Shown: piece by piece, positions 39,316 through 48,424 of the stretch
How positions within the stretch are numbered: the stretch's first letter is position 1
Layout: the number at the start of each line of letters is the position of its first letter
The notes under the pieces: model-generated
Databases searched by the model: none
Seen by the model: the letters and a program-made list of their open reading frames with translations, nothing else
What the model was told of the DNA's origin: nothing
NCBI GenBank assembly: GCA_001793095.1
Contig: MGHG01000012.1
Coordinates: 72,647-136,646 of the forward strand
DNA: 64,000 nucleotides
Reading direction: 5' to 3'
Source of the DNA: Candidatus Woesebacteria bacterium RIFCSPLOWO2_01_FULL_39_23
GTDB taxonomy: Bacteria; Patescibacteriota; Microgenomatia; UBA8517
Made by a program: the position numbers and the translations under genes

Positions 39316-39349
39316 GTTGCACAAATTAATAGAAATAACGCAACAACTT

Positions 39350-40126
39350 ATGTTGAATACAATTTTAGCTACCAAAGATAAAATGGGTGCGACCTTTGTC
39401 GAAAGTACACGGGTGGCCGTTACATGGGTTAAGGCCGGTCCATGTATTGTTACGCAAATTAAAAAGCCGGAGAGTGATGGTTATTGGGCAGTTCAAGTCG
39501 GGTACGGTGACAAAAAAACTAAAAATATTTCCAATTCACTTCGCGGACACTTCAGAAAAATAACTAATAACTCAGAACTAATAACAAAAAATAGAATGCC
39601 AAGATACTTAAGAGAAATTAAACTCAATTCTGATCCGGATGTAAAAGTAGGAGATGTCATAACGTTAACTGACGTGTTTAAAAAAGGGGACGTAATAACA
39701 GTGACGGGAACCTCAAAAGGAAAGGGTTTTGCAGGAGTTGTTAAAAGATGGAGATTTGCCGGCGGTCCCAAAACTCACGGTCAAAGTGACAGACAAAGAG
39801 CTCCTGGATCTATCGGCCAAGGAACGACTCCCGGGCGCGTTTATAAGGGTAAACATATGGCCGGTCGTATGGGTAGTGATACTGTCACAATTAAAAATTT
39901 AATTGTTGTCGAAGTCGATAAAGATGGAGGTAAAATGGCAATTTCGGGTTCCATACCGGGTTCAATCGGTGGTTTATTAAAAATAAAAAAGATTGCGTCA
40001 GGCAAATTGGATGAATTAGTTGAGGAAGTGCCGGAGGTTCAGATTCAAGAAGGAGTAGATACCGAGGGCGCTGAAGGATCTGCTGCAAAGGCTGAAACGA
40101 AAAGCGAAAGCGTTGAGGAGAAATAA
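39350..40126 (+). CDS. rplC: 50S ribosomal protein L3
   Basis: GTSKGKGFAGVVKRW, THGQSDRQRAPGSIG; start ATG 39350. Confidence 0.97.
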   Translation: MLNTILATKDKMGATFVESTRVAVTWVKAGPCIVTQIKKPESDGYWAVQVGYGDKKTKNISNSLRGHFRKITNNSELITKNRMPRYLREIKLNSDPDVKVGDVITLTDVFKKGDVITVTGTSKGKGFAGVVKRWRFAGGPKTHGQSDRQRAPGSIGQGTTPGRVYKGKHMAGRMGSDTVTIKNLIVVEVDKDGGKMAISGSIPGSIGGLLKIKKIASGKLDELVEEVPEVQIQEGVDTEGAEGSAAKAETKSESVEEK

Positions 40127-40128
40127 AT

Positions 40129-40830
40129 ATGGCTAAAGTAACTTTATTTTCTGATACGGGAGTTAAAAAAGGTAACTTTGAATTACCGAAAGATTTTGAT
40201 GAAAAGCTGAATTTGAAACTTCTTGCACAAGCGATTCATGTGTATGAAGACAGGAGTCACCCCGGTTTAGCCAGAGTTAAAAGTAGGGGGGAAGTTGCTT
40301 TATCCACCCGTAAAATTTATAGACAAAAAGGAACTGGAGGGGCGAGGCACGGAGCAAAAAGTGCCCCTATTTTTGTCGGAGGCGGTGTAACCCATGGCCC
40401 TAAGGGTGTAAAAAGGCAACTAAAATTATCAGATAAATTACGACTTAAAGCTTTAAAAATCGCCCTCAACCTAAAACTGAGTCAGGATAGTTTATTTGTC
40501 GTTGATGGATTCTCGACACTCAAGAAAACAAAAGTTGCACAAGCTCTTATTGATAAAATATGCGGAGATAAAAAATCCAATACGACAGTTGTTTTAGCAG
40601 GAAATGATAAAAGTGTAATTTTAGTACTACGGAATATAAAAAACATTGAAACAGTAGACTATAAAGATCTTAATGCATATAAAGTTTATTTTGGCGGAAC
40701 TATGATTTTGGATAAAAGAATATTTGATTCCAAATCTGCCGCTAAGCAAAGTATCAAAAAAGTAACTAAGGCTAAGGTAGTGGTAAATAGAAAAAAAACA
40801 GTAAAGCCAGTTAAAAAATCAGTGAAATAA
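40129..40830 (+). CDS. rplD: 50S ribosomal protein L4
   Basis: RQKGTGGARHG, GGGVTHGP. Confidence 0.96.
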   Translation: MAKVTLFSDTGVKKGNFELPKDFDEKLNLKLLAQAIHVYEDRSHPGLARVKSRGEVALSTRKIYRQKGTGGARHGAKSAPIFVGGGVTHGPKGVKRQLKLSDKLRLKALKIALNLKLSQDSLFVVDGFSTLKKTKVAQALIDKICGDKKSNTTVVLAGNDKSVILVLRNIKNIETVDYKDLNAYKVYFGGTMILDKRIFDSKSAAKQSIKKVTKAKVVVNRKKTVKPVKKSVK

Positions 40831-40858
40831 GTAAAAAAGTCCGTATAAATCGACATAT

Positions 40859-41140
40859 ATGATAATACAACCCGTTTTGACAGAAAAAAGTTTAGAAGCT
40901 GCTAAAAAGGGAGATTATACCTTTTATGTGGAGCCAGGCTTAACTAAATATCAGGCGAGAGAATTAGTTGAACGCGTATTTTCAGTTCATGTAACGAACA
41001 TACGCACAATGATATTTAAGCGTGAAGTAAAACGAATTTATACAGGTAGAAAGCGGGTAATTCATCCGAAAAAAAAGATTATTGTGACTTTACGGGCAAA
41101 AGAGCGCATAGATCTATTCGAAGTTAAAAAAGGAAAATAA
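40859..41140 (+). CDS. rplW: 50S ribosomal protein L23
   Basis: PVLTEKS, YTFYV; operon position. Confidence 0.93.
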   Translation: MIIQPVLTEKSLEAAKKGDYTFYVEPGLTKYQARELVERVFSVHVTNIRTMIFKREVKRIYTGRKRVIHPKKKIIVTLRAKERIDLFEVKKGK

Positions 41141-41141
41141 T

Positions 41142-41894
41142 ATGGGAAAATTAAAAACAATACTGCGAAAACACTCCGGTCGTGACTCCAGCGGAAGTGT
41201 GAGCGTCAGGCATCAGGGAGGAAGACAAAAGAGGTATTATCGGGATGTTGATTTTAAACGCAGTAAGAGAGATGTTTGGGGTAAAGTTGTCTCAATTGAG
41301 GCTGATCCCAATAGAAACGCATATATAGCACTGATACATTATGATGACGGCGATAAAGCATATATTATCTCGCCCTTAGGAATGGAACTTGGGAGGAAAG
41401 TTATTGCTTCTGAAAATGCACCCATTGATCCCGGTAATGCCCTACCTTTAGTTAAAATTCCGGCTGGGACTCAAATTCATGCAATTGAAGTGACACCTGG
41501 AGCCGGAGGACAGTTGGTAAGAGGAGCGGGTTCGGTTGCAGTTGTTCAGGGAAAAGAGGAGAATTATATTCTGGTTAAGCTGCCATCCGGAGAAATCAGG
41601 AGATTTCCTCCGCAAAGTTGGGCAAGTGTCGGCCAGATCGGTAATTCTGAGGCGCGTTCAGAGCATGTTGGAAAAGCGGGAATAATGAGGAGGCGAGGAA
41701 TTCGACCTTCTGTGAGAGGAACTGCCCAAAATCCTCATTCTCACCCTCATGGAGGCGGAGAAGGAAGAAGCGGTGTCGGTCTAAAATATCCTAAAACTCC
41801 CTGGGGGAAGCCGGCGGTCGGGAATACCAGAAGAAAAAGAAAATATTCTGATAAATTAATTGTCCAAAGGAGAAAGCTTGGTTCGCATCATTAA
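41142..41894 (+). CDS. rplB: 50S ribosomal protein L2
   Basis: RHQGG, DPNRNAYIAL, HPHGGGEG. Confidence 0.97.
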   Translation: MGKLKTILRKHSGRDSSGSVSVRHQGGRQKRYYRDVDFKRSKRDVWGKVVSIEADPNRNAYIALIHYDDGDKAYIISPLGMELGRKVIASENAPIDPGNALPLVKIPAGTQIHAIEVTPGAGGQLVRGAGSVAVVQGKEENYILVKLPSGEIRRFPPQSWASVGQIGNSEARSEHVGKAGIMRRRGIRPSVRGTAQNPHSHPHGGGEGRSGVGLKYPKTPWGKPAVGNTRRKRKYSDKLIVQRRKLGSHH

Positions 41895-41911
41895 TCAATT
41901 AGAAAACTAAA

Positions 41912-42193
41912 ATGAGCAGAAGTACTAAAAAAGGACCATACGTAGATAAAAACCTTATTAAGAAAGTAACGGCAGGTATGGGTAATAAGGAGAATCCCAT
42001 AAAAACATGGGCGAGAAATAGCCAGATACCGCCTGAATTTGTAAATAAATATTTCAATGTTCATAACGGTAAAACGTTCATCAACGTTTTTGTAACTGAA
42101 GACATGGTAGGTCACAGACTTGGCGAATTTTCTCCGACCAGAACATTCAGAGGACATGGGCAAGTGGTCAAGAGATTATTAGAAAAAACTTAA
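41912..42193 (+). CDS. rpsS: 30S ribosomal protein S19
   Basis: [20 protein letters not shown]. Confidence 0.98.
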   Translation: MSRSTKKGPYVDKNLIKKVTAGMGNKENPIKTWARNSQIPPEFVNKYFNVHNGKTFINVFVTEDMVGHRLGEFSPTRTFRGHGQVVKRLLEKT

Positions 42194-42201
42194 CGTCGAA
42201 G

Positions 42202-42251
42202 AACTCTTGCCTCCTTCCGAGGATTACATCCTCGTGTCGGAGGGGCGAGTT
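42202..42251. repeat. Intergenic GC-rich hairpin
   Basis: Inner CGAGGAT-tac-ATCCTCG with imperfect outer arms AACTC..GCCTCC / GGAGG..GAGTT. Confidence 0.5.
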
Positions 42252-42265
42252 AACGGGGTAAGATT

Positions 42266-42727
42266 ATGGAAGTTAAAGCAGTACAAAAATTTGTTAAGAT
42301 TTCGCCTAAAAAATTAAGGATAATTGCCGACGCGGCTAGAAAAATGAGTCCTGAGGCGGCTATTGAGAGACTACCTTTTCTTGGAAAAAGAGGGGCTGAT
42401 CCTATTATCTCGGTTATAAAAACTGCCATTGCTAATGCGAAAGTAAAAGGGATCAGTAATAGTGAGTTAATTTTTAAGGAGTTGCAAATTAGCGAAGGTC
42501 CTCGTCTTAAAAGGGGGACGCCGGTTTCAAGGGGTCGTTGGCACCCTTATAAAAAACGAATGAGCCATATACGAGTTGTACTAACAACGAAAGATATTGG
42601 TGTGGACAAAGAGTCCCAAAAGCAGGTTCGCTCTTCACAAAGAGCGAAATCTGCACGGGATGACAAGGCCGGTATTAAGAGTTTACCAGCCTTGTCAAAA
42701 TCAAAGAAAGGAGAGGCGACAGAGTAA
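42266..42727 (+). CDS. rplV: 50S ribosomal protein L22 with C-terminal extension
   Basis: ISPKKLR, EGPRLKR, KRMSHIRV. Confidence 0.95.
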   Translation: MEVKAVQKFVKISPKKLRIIADAARKMSPEAAIERLPFLGKRGADPIISVIKTAIANAKVKGISNSELIFKELQISEGPRLKRGTPVSRGRWHPYKKRMSHIRVVLTTKDIGVDKESQKQVRSSQRAKSARDDKAGIKSLPALSKSKKGEATE

Positions 42728-42728
42728 T

Positions 42729-43379
42729 ATGGGACAGAAAGTTAATCCAGTAGCATTTAGAACGGGTACTTTTTTACCTTGGAAATCGCGTTGGTATGCC
42801 GACGATAAAACCTATAAAAAATATCTGATTGAGGATATCACTTTGAGACGCGCTTTGATGAATAAGCTTAAGCTAGCCGGTGTTACGAGTATCGAGATTG
42901 AAAGATTACCGAAAAGTATGGTTGTAACAATGACAGTATCCCGTCCGGGTGTGGTAATCGGAAGAGGCGGTTCGGGAATTGAAGAAATCAAAAAATTTAT
43001 TATCGACATGTTAGGAAAAACCAAAACACTTAAGTCCGATAATATGAAAATTGATTTACGCGTAAACGAAGTCAAGGATCCCGAACTTTCATCCTATCTG
43101 GTTGCGACAAGAATTGTGTCAGATTTGGAAAGAAGAATGCCCCATCGTCGTGTAATTGCTAAGACTATAGAGAGAGTTATGCAATCAGGTGCACTGGGTG
43201 TAAAGATAGTTTTGGCGGGGAGAATTGGCGGGGCAGAAATTTCTAGGACTGAAAAGTACCATAAAGGCTCTATTCCATCACAGACTCTAAGAGAAATTAT
43301 AGATTACGCTCAAGTTCCTGCGCTTTTGAAAAGGGGTTATGTTGGTATCAAAGTATATATACACAAGAAATCAGAGTAG
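42729..43379 (+). CDS. rpsC: 30S ribosomal protein S3
   Basis: MGQKVNPVAFR, RPGVVIGRGG, GRIGGAEISR; start ATG 42729. Confidence 0.97.
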   Translation: MGQKVNPVAFRTGTFLPWKSRWYADDKTYKKYLIEDITLRRALMNKLKLAGVTSIEIERLPKSMVVTMTVSRPGVVIGRGGSGIEEIKKFIIDMLGKTKTLKSDNMKIDLRVNEVKDPELSSYLVATRIVSDLERRMPHRRVIAKTIERVMQSGALGVKIVLAGRIGGAEISRTEKYHKGSIPSQTLREIIDYAQVPALLKRGYVGIKVYIHKKSE

Positions 43380-43461
43380 AAATGTGTAAGGGTGTAAGAG
43401 CATGATTTTAAAATACTTATACTCTTAAACTCTTTTACTCTTTCACTCTAAGCAAGGACGT
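43373..43461 (+). repeat. Octamer-unit inverted array before rplP
   Basis: tgtaaggg tgtaagag ... actcttaa actctttt actctttc actcta, then AGCAAGGACGT-ATG. Confidence 0.75.
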
Positions 43462-43872
43462 ATGTTAGAACCAAAAAGACGCAAATTTAGAAAAGATTTT
43501 AGAGGCCGAAGGAAAGGCCAAGCTTTACGTGGTTATGAGCTTGCCTTTGGTGAATTTGGTTTAAAGGCATTAGAGGTTACGTGGCTTTCTGGGAAGCAAA
43601 TTGAAGCCGGCAGGCGCGCGATAACACATTCTCTAAAACGTGGAGGGAGAGTTTGGATTAGAGTGTTTCCGGATAAGCCGGTTACAAGTAGACCTGCAGG
43701 GCAAAGAATGGGGAGCGGAAAAGGAGATATTGACCGTTACGTTGCTGTGGTCAGACCAGGTAAGATTATTTACGAAGTAGCTGGGGCTACAAAAGATGTG
43801 GTCGTTGCTGCACTTAAGAAAGCAGCGGATAAAATGCCTGTCAAAACAAAGATAATAATGAAGGCGGCCTAA
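43462..43872 (+). CDS. rplP: 50S ribosomal protein L16
   Basis: WIRVFPDKP, RMGSGKG. Confidence 0.98.
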   Translation: MLEPKRRKFRKDFRGRRKGQALRGYELAFGEFGLKALEVTWLSGKQIEAGRRAITHSLKRGGRVWIRVFPDKPVTSRPAGQRMGSGKGDIDRYVAVVRPGKIIYEVAGATKDVVVAALKKAADKMPVKTKIIMKAA

Positions 43873-43878
43873 ATTTTA

Positions 43879-44094
43879 ATGAAAAAGAAAGATTTAACTG
43901 CATTGAGTGAGAAGACGGAATCCGAATTATTGCGTCTTATTGATAAAAGACGATCCGAACTTTATAATTCTTTGGCTCAAATTAAAAGTGGCAATGAAAA
44001 AAATCTGAAAAAATCAAAGAACATAAGACACGAGATTTCTCAGTTATTGACTTTAATTCGACTGAAACAGCTTACTCACAAGGAGGAAAAATGA
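43879..44094 (+). CDS. rpmC: 50S ribosomal protein L29
   Basis: Operon position; IRHEISQLLT. Confidence 0.88.
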   Translation: MKKKDLTALSEKTESELLRLIDKRRSELYNSLAQIKSGNEKNLKKSKNIRHEISQLLTLIRLKQLTHKEEK

Positions 44095-44402
44095 AGATAT
44101 TTACAGGTAAAGTAGTATCAAAAAAAATGGCTAAAACGGCAACAGTATTGCTCAGTCGACCTGTTATCCATAAGCTCTATATGAAAAGATTCGTAAGGGC
44201 AAAAAAATATCATGTCCACGATGAGCTGGGAGCTGAGGTTGGACAGATGGTTAATTTTGTCTCAAGTAAACCTTATAGTAAGTCAAAAAAGTGGAAAATA
44301 GTTAAAATAATCGGAAAAACAACTGCTGAAAAATCCGCAAAGGAGAAAGCAATTAAAGAAAGGGGGAGTACACAGTCTAAATCTGCGAGATCAGATAAGT
44401 AG
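44091..44402 (+). CDS. rpsQ: 30S ribosomal protein S17
   Basis: GKVVSKKMAKT, KYHVHDE, KPYSKSKKW. Confidence 0.95.
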   Translation: MKIFTGKVVSKKMAKTATVLLSRPVIHKLYMKRFVRAKKYHVHDELGAEVGQMVNFVSSKPYSKSKKWKIVKIIGKTTAEKSAKEKAIKERGSTQSKSARSDK

Positions 44403-44420
44403 CCTGTGTAACAAGAGAAT

Positions 44421-44786
44421 GTGATTCAATTAAGAACAATGCTGGTTCCGGCCGATAATTCAGGAGCAAAAAGACTAATGGTTATTGGGATGTCTTCCAA
44501 AATCGGTAAGGTAGCAACTCTTGGAGACGTAATTAATTGCGTCGTCGAGAAAGCTGACCCCAATGGCGCGGTAGCAGATAAAGAGAAAGTTAAAGTGTTG
44601 GTTGTAAGGACCAAAAAAGAGGTGAGAAGGCGTGACGGAACCTATATCCGTTTTGACGATAATGCCGGAGTAGTTATCGATAAGACGGGTTTGCCAAGAG
44701 GTACGCGTATATTAGGTCCGGTAGCTAGGGAAATAAAAGAGAAGGGTTATACGAAGATCAGTTCACTTGCGCGGGAGGTAGTATAA
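44421..44786 (+). CDS. rplN: 50S ribosomal protein L14
   Basis: [25 protein letters not shown]. Confidence 0.98.
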   Translation: MIQLRTMLVPADNSGAKRLMVIGMSSKIGKVATLGDVINCVVEKADPNGAVADKEKVKVLVVRTKKEVRRRDGTYIRFDDNAGVVIDKTGLPRGTRILGPVAREIKEKGYTKISSLAREVV

Positions 44787-44788
44787 AT

Positions 44789-45103
44789 ATGCTCAAATTT
44801 AAAGTCGGAGATACAGTAAAAATAACAGCAGGAAAAGATAAGGGTAGAGAAGGAAAGATTGAAAAACTGAGCCCTACTAGTTTTACCGCTATAATACCCG
44901 GAATTAATGAGTATAAGAAACACATAAAAGGGAGAGATGGCCAAAAGGGTGGGATATTTAGTATCCCGAGATCTATGCCTTTTTCTAAAATAGCCATTAT
45001 ATGCCCAAAGTGTAAAAAGGTAACAAGGATAGGTTTTAAATTTGTTGGAGATGAAAAGGTCAGGTTTTGCAGGAAGTGTAAAAAAGAAATATCACCAAAA
45101 TGA
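44789..45103 (+). CDS. rplX: 50S ribosomal protein L24
   Basis: GDTVKITAGKDKGREG. Confidence 0.95.
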   Translation: MLKFKVGDTVKITAGKDKGREGKIEKLSPTSFTAIIPGINEYKKHIKGRDGQKGGIFSIPRSMPFSKIAIICPKCKKVTRIGFKFVGDEKVRFCRKCKKEISPK

Positions 45104-45648
45104 ATATTAATTCAAGATTAAAAGATAAATACGAAAACGAGATAATTCCAACACTTGTTGGGGAATTCGATATTAAAAATAGAATGGAAGTTCCGAAAAT
45201 CGTCAAGATTGTTGTAAATAGCGGAACAGGTGATGCTCTTAAAAATAAGGAATTACTGGAAAAAATAAAGACCGATATGGCTCTCATAACCGGTCAAGCG
45301 CCATCAGTTAGGGCGGCCAGAGTTTCCGTGGCCAGTTTCGGTATCCGAGCCGGAATGCCCGTTGGGGTAAAAGTAACTTTACGGGGAGCGAGAATGTATA
45401 GTTTTTTCGATAAGCTAGTCTCAGTAATTCTTCCCCGTTTAAGAGATTTTAGAGGAGTTCCGAGGAAGAGTTTCGATAAACATGGTAATTATACATTAGG
45501 AGTAGTTGAACACAGTGTTTTTCCTGAGATAGATATATCAAAAACTAGTGCAAGAGGCATGGAAATAACGGTAGTTACAAACACGGACGACTCGAAGAAA
45601 GCAGCAAGATTACTCGAACTATTGGGCATGCCGTTTGAAAAATCATAA
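45100..45648 (+). CDS. rplE: 50S ribosomal protein L5
   Basis: ITGQAP, KVTLRG, LPRLRDFRG. Confidence 0.98.
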   Translation: MNINSRLKDKYENEIIPTLVGEFDIKNRMEVPKIVKIVVNSGTGDALKNKELLEKIKTDMALITGQAPSVRAARVSVASFGIRAGMPVGVKVTLRGARMYSFFDKLVSVILPRLRDFRGVPRKSFDKHGNYTLGVVEHSVFPEIDISKTSARGMEITVVTNTDDSKKAARLLELLGMPFEKS

Positions 45649-45695
45649 TTATTTAATATTGTAATATTCTCTACAAAATTTTGTAGAAATTTTGA

Positions 45696-45772
45696 AAGGA
45701 GTTGTCGACAATTAGCCGAGTGTTACGTTCAAATAGGTAAACGTAACGAAGGCATTGGTCGAACAACGACGT
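45696..45772 (+). promoter_or_regulatory. SD-hairpin-NGACGW leader element, copy 1 (rpsN)
   Basis: AAGGAG + 65-nt hairpin (45702-45766) + CGACGT + ATG. Confidence 0.8.
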
Positions 45773-45958
45773 ATGTCGACTAAAACAAAAGAAGTAAGAG
45801 AAACAAAAAAGCTAAAATATAAGACTAGGTATACAAATAGATGCCGCCTTTGTGGAAGGGCTAGAGGTTATATGAGAAAATATGGACTATGTAGGTTATG
45901 TTTTAGAGAGTATGCAAATAAGGGTGAAATACCGGGTGTAAGAAAAGCGAGTTGGTAA
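45773..45958 (+). CDS. rpsN: 30S ribosomal protein S14, zinc-binding type
   Basis: RCRLCGR...LCRLCFRE...GVRKASW; start ATG 45773. Confidence 0.96.
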   Translation: MSTKTKEVRETKKLKYKTRYTNRCRLCGRARGYMRKYGLCRLCFREYANKGEIPGVRKASW

Positions 45959-46053
45959 AACACTTTTCAAACTTTCTTTAGGAGTGAAAATTAGGCAAAG
46001 AAAGATGAATTTTGAGAGAAAATAATAAAGAGAAAAATAGGGAGATTTAAAAA

Positions 46054-46503
46054 ATGCCAAATAAAACAATCAAAATAGAACAAAAAGAAATGAATAAAGG
46101 ACTCAAACAAGCAAAACGAGTTGGGATGACCAATTATCCGGTTGGAGATTTTCTAATAAGACTCAAAAATACGGCTATGGCGAAGGGCCATAAAGTGACT
46201 GTCCCACGGACGCGTCTTATCGAGGAAACAGCAGAACTTTTGAAAAAAGAAGGTTATATTGCTCAAGTGAAAATAGATGGCAATCTTTTAATTGTCGATC
46301 TTGCCTATGTTAAAAAAGAACCTGTATTGATAACTATAAGGTTAGTCTCTAAACCCGGATTAAGAATTTATAATAGTGCTGTCGAATTGGGAGCAAATAG
46401 GGGTCCTCAAATACTAATTGTGTCTACGTCGAAAGGATTAATGAGTAATCGTACTGCAATTAAGAATAATTTGGGTGGTGAGGTTATAGCTGAAGTACTT
46501 TAA
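46054..46503 (+). CDS. rpsH: 30S ribosomal protein S8
   Basis: DFLIRLKN, SKPGLRIY, STSKGLM, GGEVI; N-terminal extension or later start at 46126. Confidence 0.95.
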   Translation: MPNKTIKIEQKEMNKGLKQAKRVGMTNYPVGDFLIRLKNTAMAKGHKVTVPRTRLIEETAELLKKEGYIAQVKIDGNLLIVDLAYVKKEPVLITIRLVSKPGLRIYNSAVELGANRGPQILIVSTSKGLMSNRTAIKNNLGGEVIAEVL

Positions 46504-46507
46504 ATCT

Positions 46508-47056
46508 ATGAGCAGAATTGGAAAAAAACCTATTAAAATCCCGGAGGGGGTTAATGTCACAATCGGGGGAGAAGCGATAAAAGTTAGCGGTCCCTTAGGT
46601 AACTTGGAGAGGCGACTCCCCGGTAAAATCGATGTCAAAACAGAAGACGGTTTTCTCAAAGTATCTTCTAAAGGTGACAGTTCAATGGACCCAATATTCG
46701 GTACAACAAGATCACACGTTCAAAATATGCTGATAGGCGTTTCTACGGGATGGAGTAAGACAATGGAGTTGGTGGGTGTTGGTTATAGGGGTGAATTGGT
46801 AGGTAAGAATTTATCGTTAGCTCTTGGATTTTCGCATCCTGTTATTTTTGAAGCACCCAATGGCATAACTTTTAAAATTGAAAAAAGTCTAATTATAGTT
46901 AGTGGTATTGATAAAGATTTAGTTGGACTTGTTGCCGATAAAATAAGAGCCAAAAAGCCGCCGGAGCCGTATAAGGGAAAAGGAATAAAATATCAAAATG
47001 AGAAAATAAGGAGAAAGGCTGGTAAGGCTGCCAAAGCTCAAGCGGGTGCAGCTTAA
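46508..47056 (+). CDS. rplF: 50S ribosomal protein L6
   Basis: MSRIGKKPI, PEPYKGKGI. Confidence 0.98.
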   Translation: MSRIGKKPIKIPEGVNVTIGGEAIKVSGPLGNLERRLPGKIDVKTEDGFLKVSSKGDSSMDPIFGTTRSHVQNMLIGVSTGWSKTMELVGVGYRGELVGKNLSLALGFSHPVIFEAPNGITFKIEKSLIIVSGIDKDLVGLVADKIRAKKPPEPYKGKGIKYQNEKIRRKAGKAAKAQAGAA

Positions 47057-47065
47057 GAAGAAATT

Positions 47066-47422
47066 ATGGTAAAAAATCGTAAAGAAAACTGTATTAAAAA
47101 AGCAAGAAGGGTTAGGGCTAAGATATTGACTCTCAAAACTTATCCCCGACTTAGTGTCTATCGGTCAAATAAACATATTTATGCACAGGTGATAGATGAT
47201 AAAAAAGGGATAACTCTAGCTGCGTCAAGTGATCTGACGAAAGAATTGTCAAAAACCAAAACGTCTAAGACGGAAAGGGCAAGTTCGGTTGGAGAGTCAC
47301 TCGCAAAAATCGCCGTGAAAAAAAAGGTGTCCAAAGTTGTTTTTGATAAAGGTGGTTACAAATACGGGGGTAGAGTGAGAGCATTAGCCGATGGGGCAAG
47401 AAAGGGAGGGTTAAAATTTTAA
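47066..47422 (+). CDS. rplR: 50S ribosomal protein L18
   Basis: [28 protein letters not shown]. Confidence 0.97.
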   Translation: MVKNRKENCIKKARRVRAKILTLKTYPRLSVYRSNKHIYAQVIDDKKGITLAASSDLTKELSKTKTSKTERASSVGESLAKIAVKKKVSKVVFDKGGYKYGGRVRALADGARKGGLKF

Positions 47423-47423
47423 T

Positions 47424-47897
47424 ATGAATATGTACGAACAAAAGAAGGAATACGAAGAAACGGTTATAGAGATTAAAAGAGTCTCGAAAAAGACACGGGG
47501 AGGTAATACTGTGAGATTTACTGCTTTAGTTGTAGTCGGGGATAGAAAAGGGAAAGTTGGAGTTGGGTTGTCTCGAGCCTCAGATGTTACAGGGGCAATT
47601 TATAAGGCAATTGAAGCAGCCAAAAGAAAAATGATTCTAGTTCCGATGCGCGGACAAACAATCCCCTATTCCGTTACCGAGAAATTCTCAGCAGCCAGGG
47701 TTTTAATTAAACCTGCTCCCCCGGGATCCGGAATAATTGCAGGCGGACCAATCAGAGTAGTTCTTGAGGCGGCCGGTATTAGAAATGCGGTCGGGAAAAT
47801 TTTAGGAACCAACAATAAAGCCCCGAATGTTTATGCAACTTTGAATGCACTGCAAACCGTAGCAAAATATAGTGATAGGAAGATATTGAGAAAATAA
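47424..47897 (+). CDS. rpsE: 30S ribosomal protein S5
   Basis: RVSKKTRGG, PAPPGSGIIAGG. Confidence 0.97.
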   Translation: MNMYEQKKEYEETVIEIKRVSKKTRGGNTVRFTALVVVGDRKGKVGVGLSRASDVTGAIYKAIEAAKRKMILVPMRGQTIPYSVTEKFSAARVLIKPAPPGSGIIAGGPIRVVLEAAGIRNAVGKILGTNNKAPNVYATLNALQTVAKYSDRKILRK

Positions 47898-47898
47898 C

Positions 47899-48375
47899 AT
47901 GGAAATGAAATTACCTAAGGTTATCGATAAAAGAAAAAAGAGGTTGGGACGTGGTTATGGAAGTGGCAAGGGTGGTCACACTTCAAGTCGTGGACAGAAA
48001 GGTCAGAAATCACGGGGAAAGGTTGGAGTAATTTTTGAAGGATATAAAGTTAAGAAATCTCTAATCAAAAGATTACCTCTAAGACGCGGAAAGGATAAAT
48101 TTAAAGCTAAAGCAAAAGCTATTATAGTTGATATTAACCTTCTTAATATTTTCAAGGATGGATCTATCGTTGATTTGGATAGTTTGATTGAAAAGAAATT
48201 GGTTAACCCGGAAGATGCAAAAACATTCGGTGTTAAAGTATTGGGTAATGGAAAATTGGAAAAGAAGTTGACAATCAGTCTTCCGATTTCCAAATCAGGA
48301 GCTTTGCAAGTCGAAAAGTTGGGAGGAAAAGTTATTGTTTCAGCGAGGAGCTCAAAGCTTAAAACTCAAAGTTGA
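47899..48375 (+). CDS. rplO: 50S ribosomal protein L15
   Basis: RLGRGYGSGKG, RGQKGQKSR, VKVLGNG. Confidence 0.96.
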   Translation: MEMKLPKVIDKRKKRLGRGYGSGKGGHTSSRGQKGQKSRGKVGVIFEGYKVKKSLIKRLPLRRGKDKFKAKAKAIIVDINLLNIFKDGSIVDLDSLIEKKLVNPEDAKTFGVKVLGNGKLEKKLTISLPISKSGALQVEKLGGKVIVSARSSKLKTQS

Positions 48376-48424
48376 AGAGTTTTTATTTTTTAGTTTTGAG
48401 TTATTAGTTGTAAGTTTTGAGTTA
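48351..48424 (+). repeat. Heptamer-unit inverted array overlapping the rplO stop
   Basis: ctcaaag cttaaaa ctcaaag ... tttttag ttttgag ttattag ttgtaag ttttgag tt. Confidence 0.75.
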
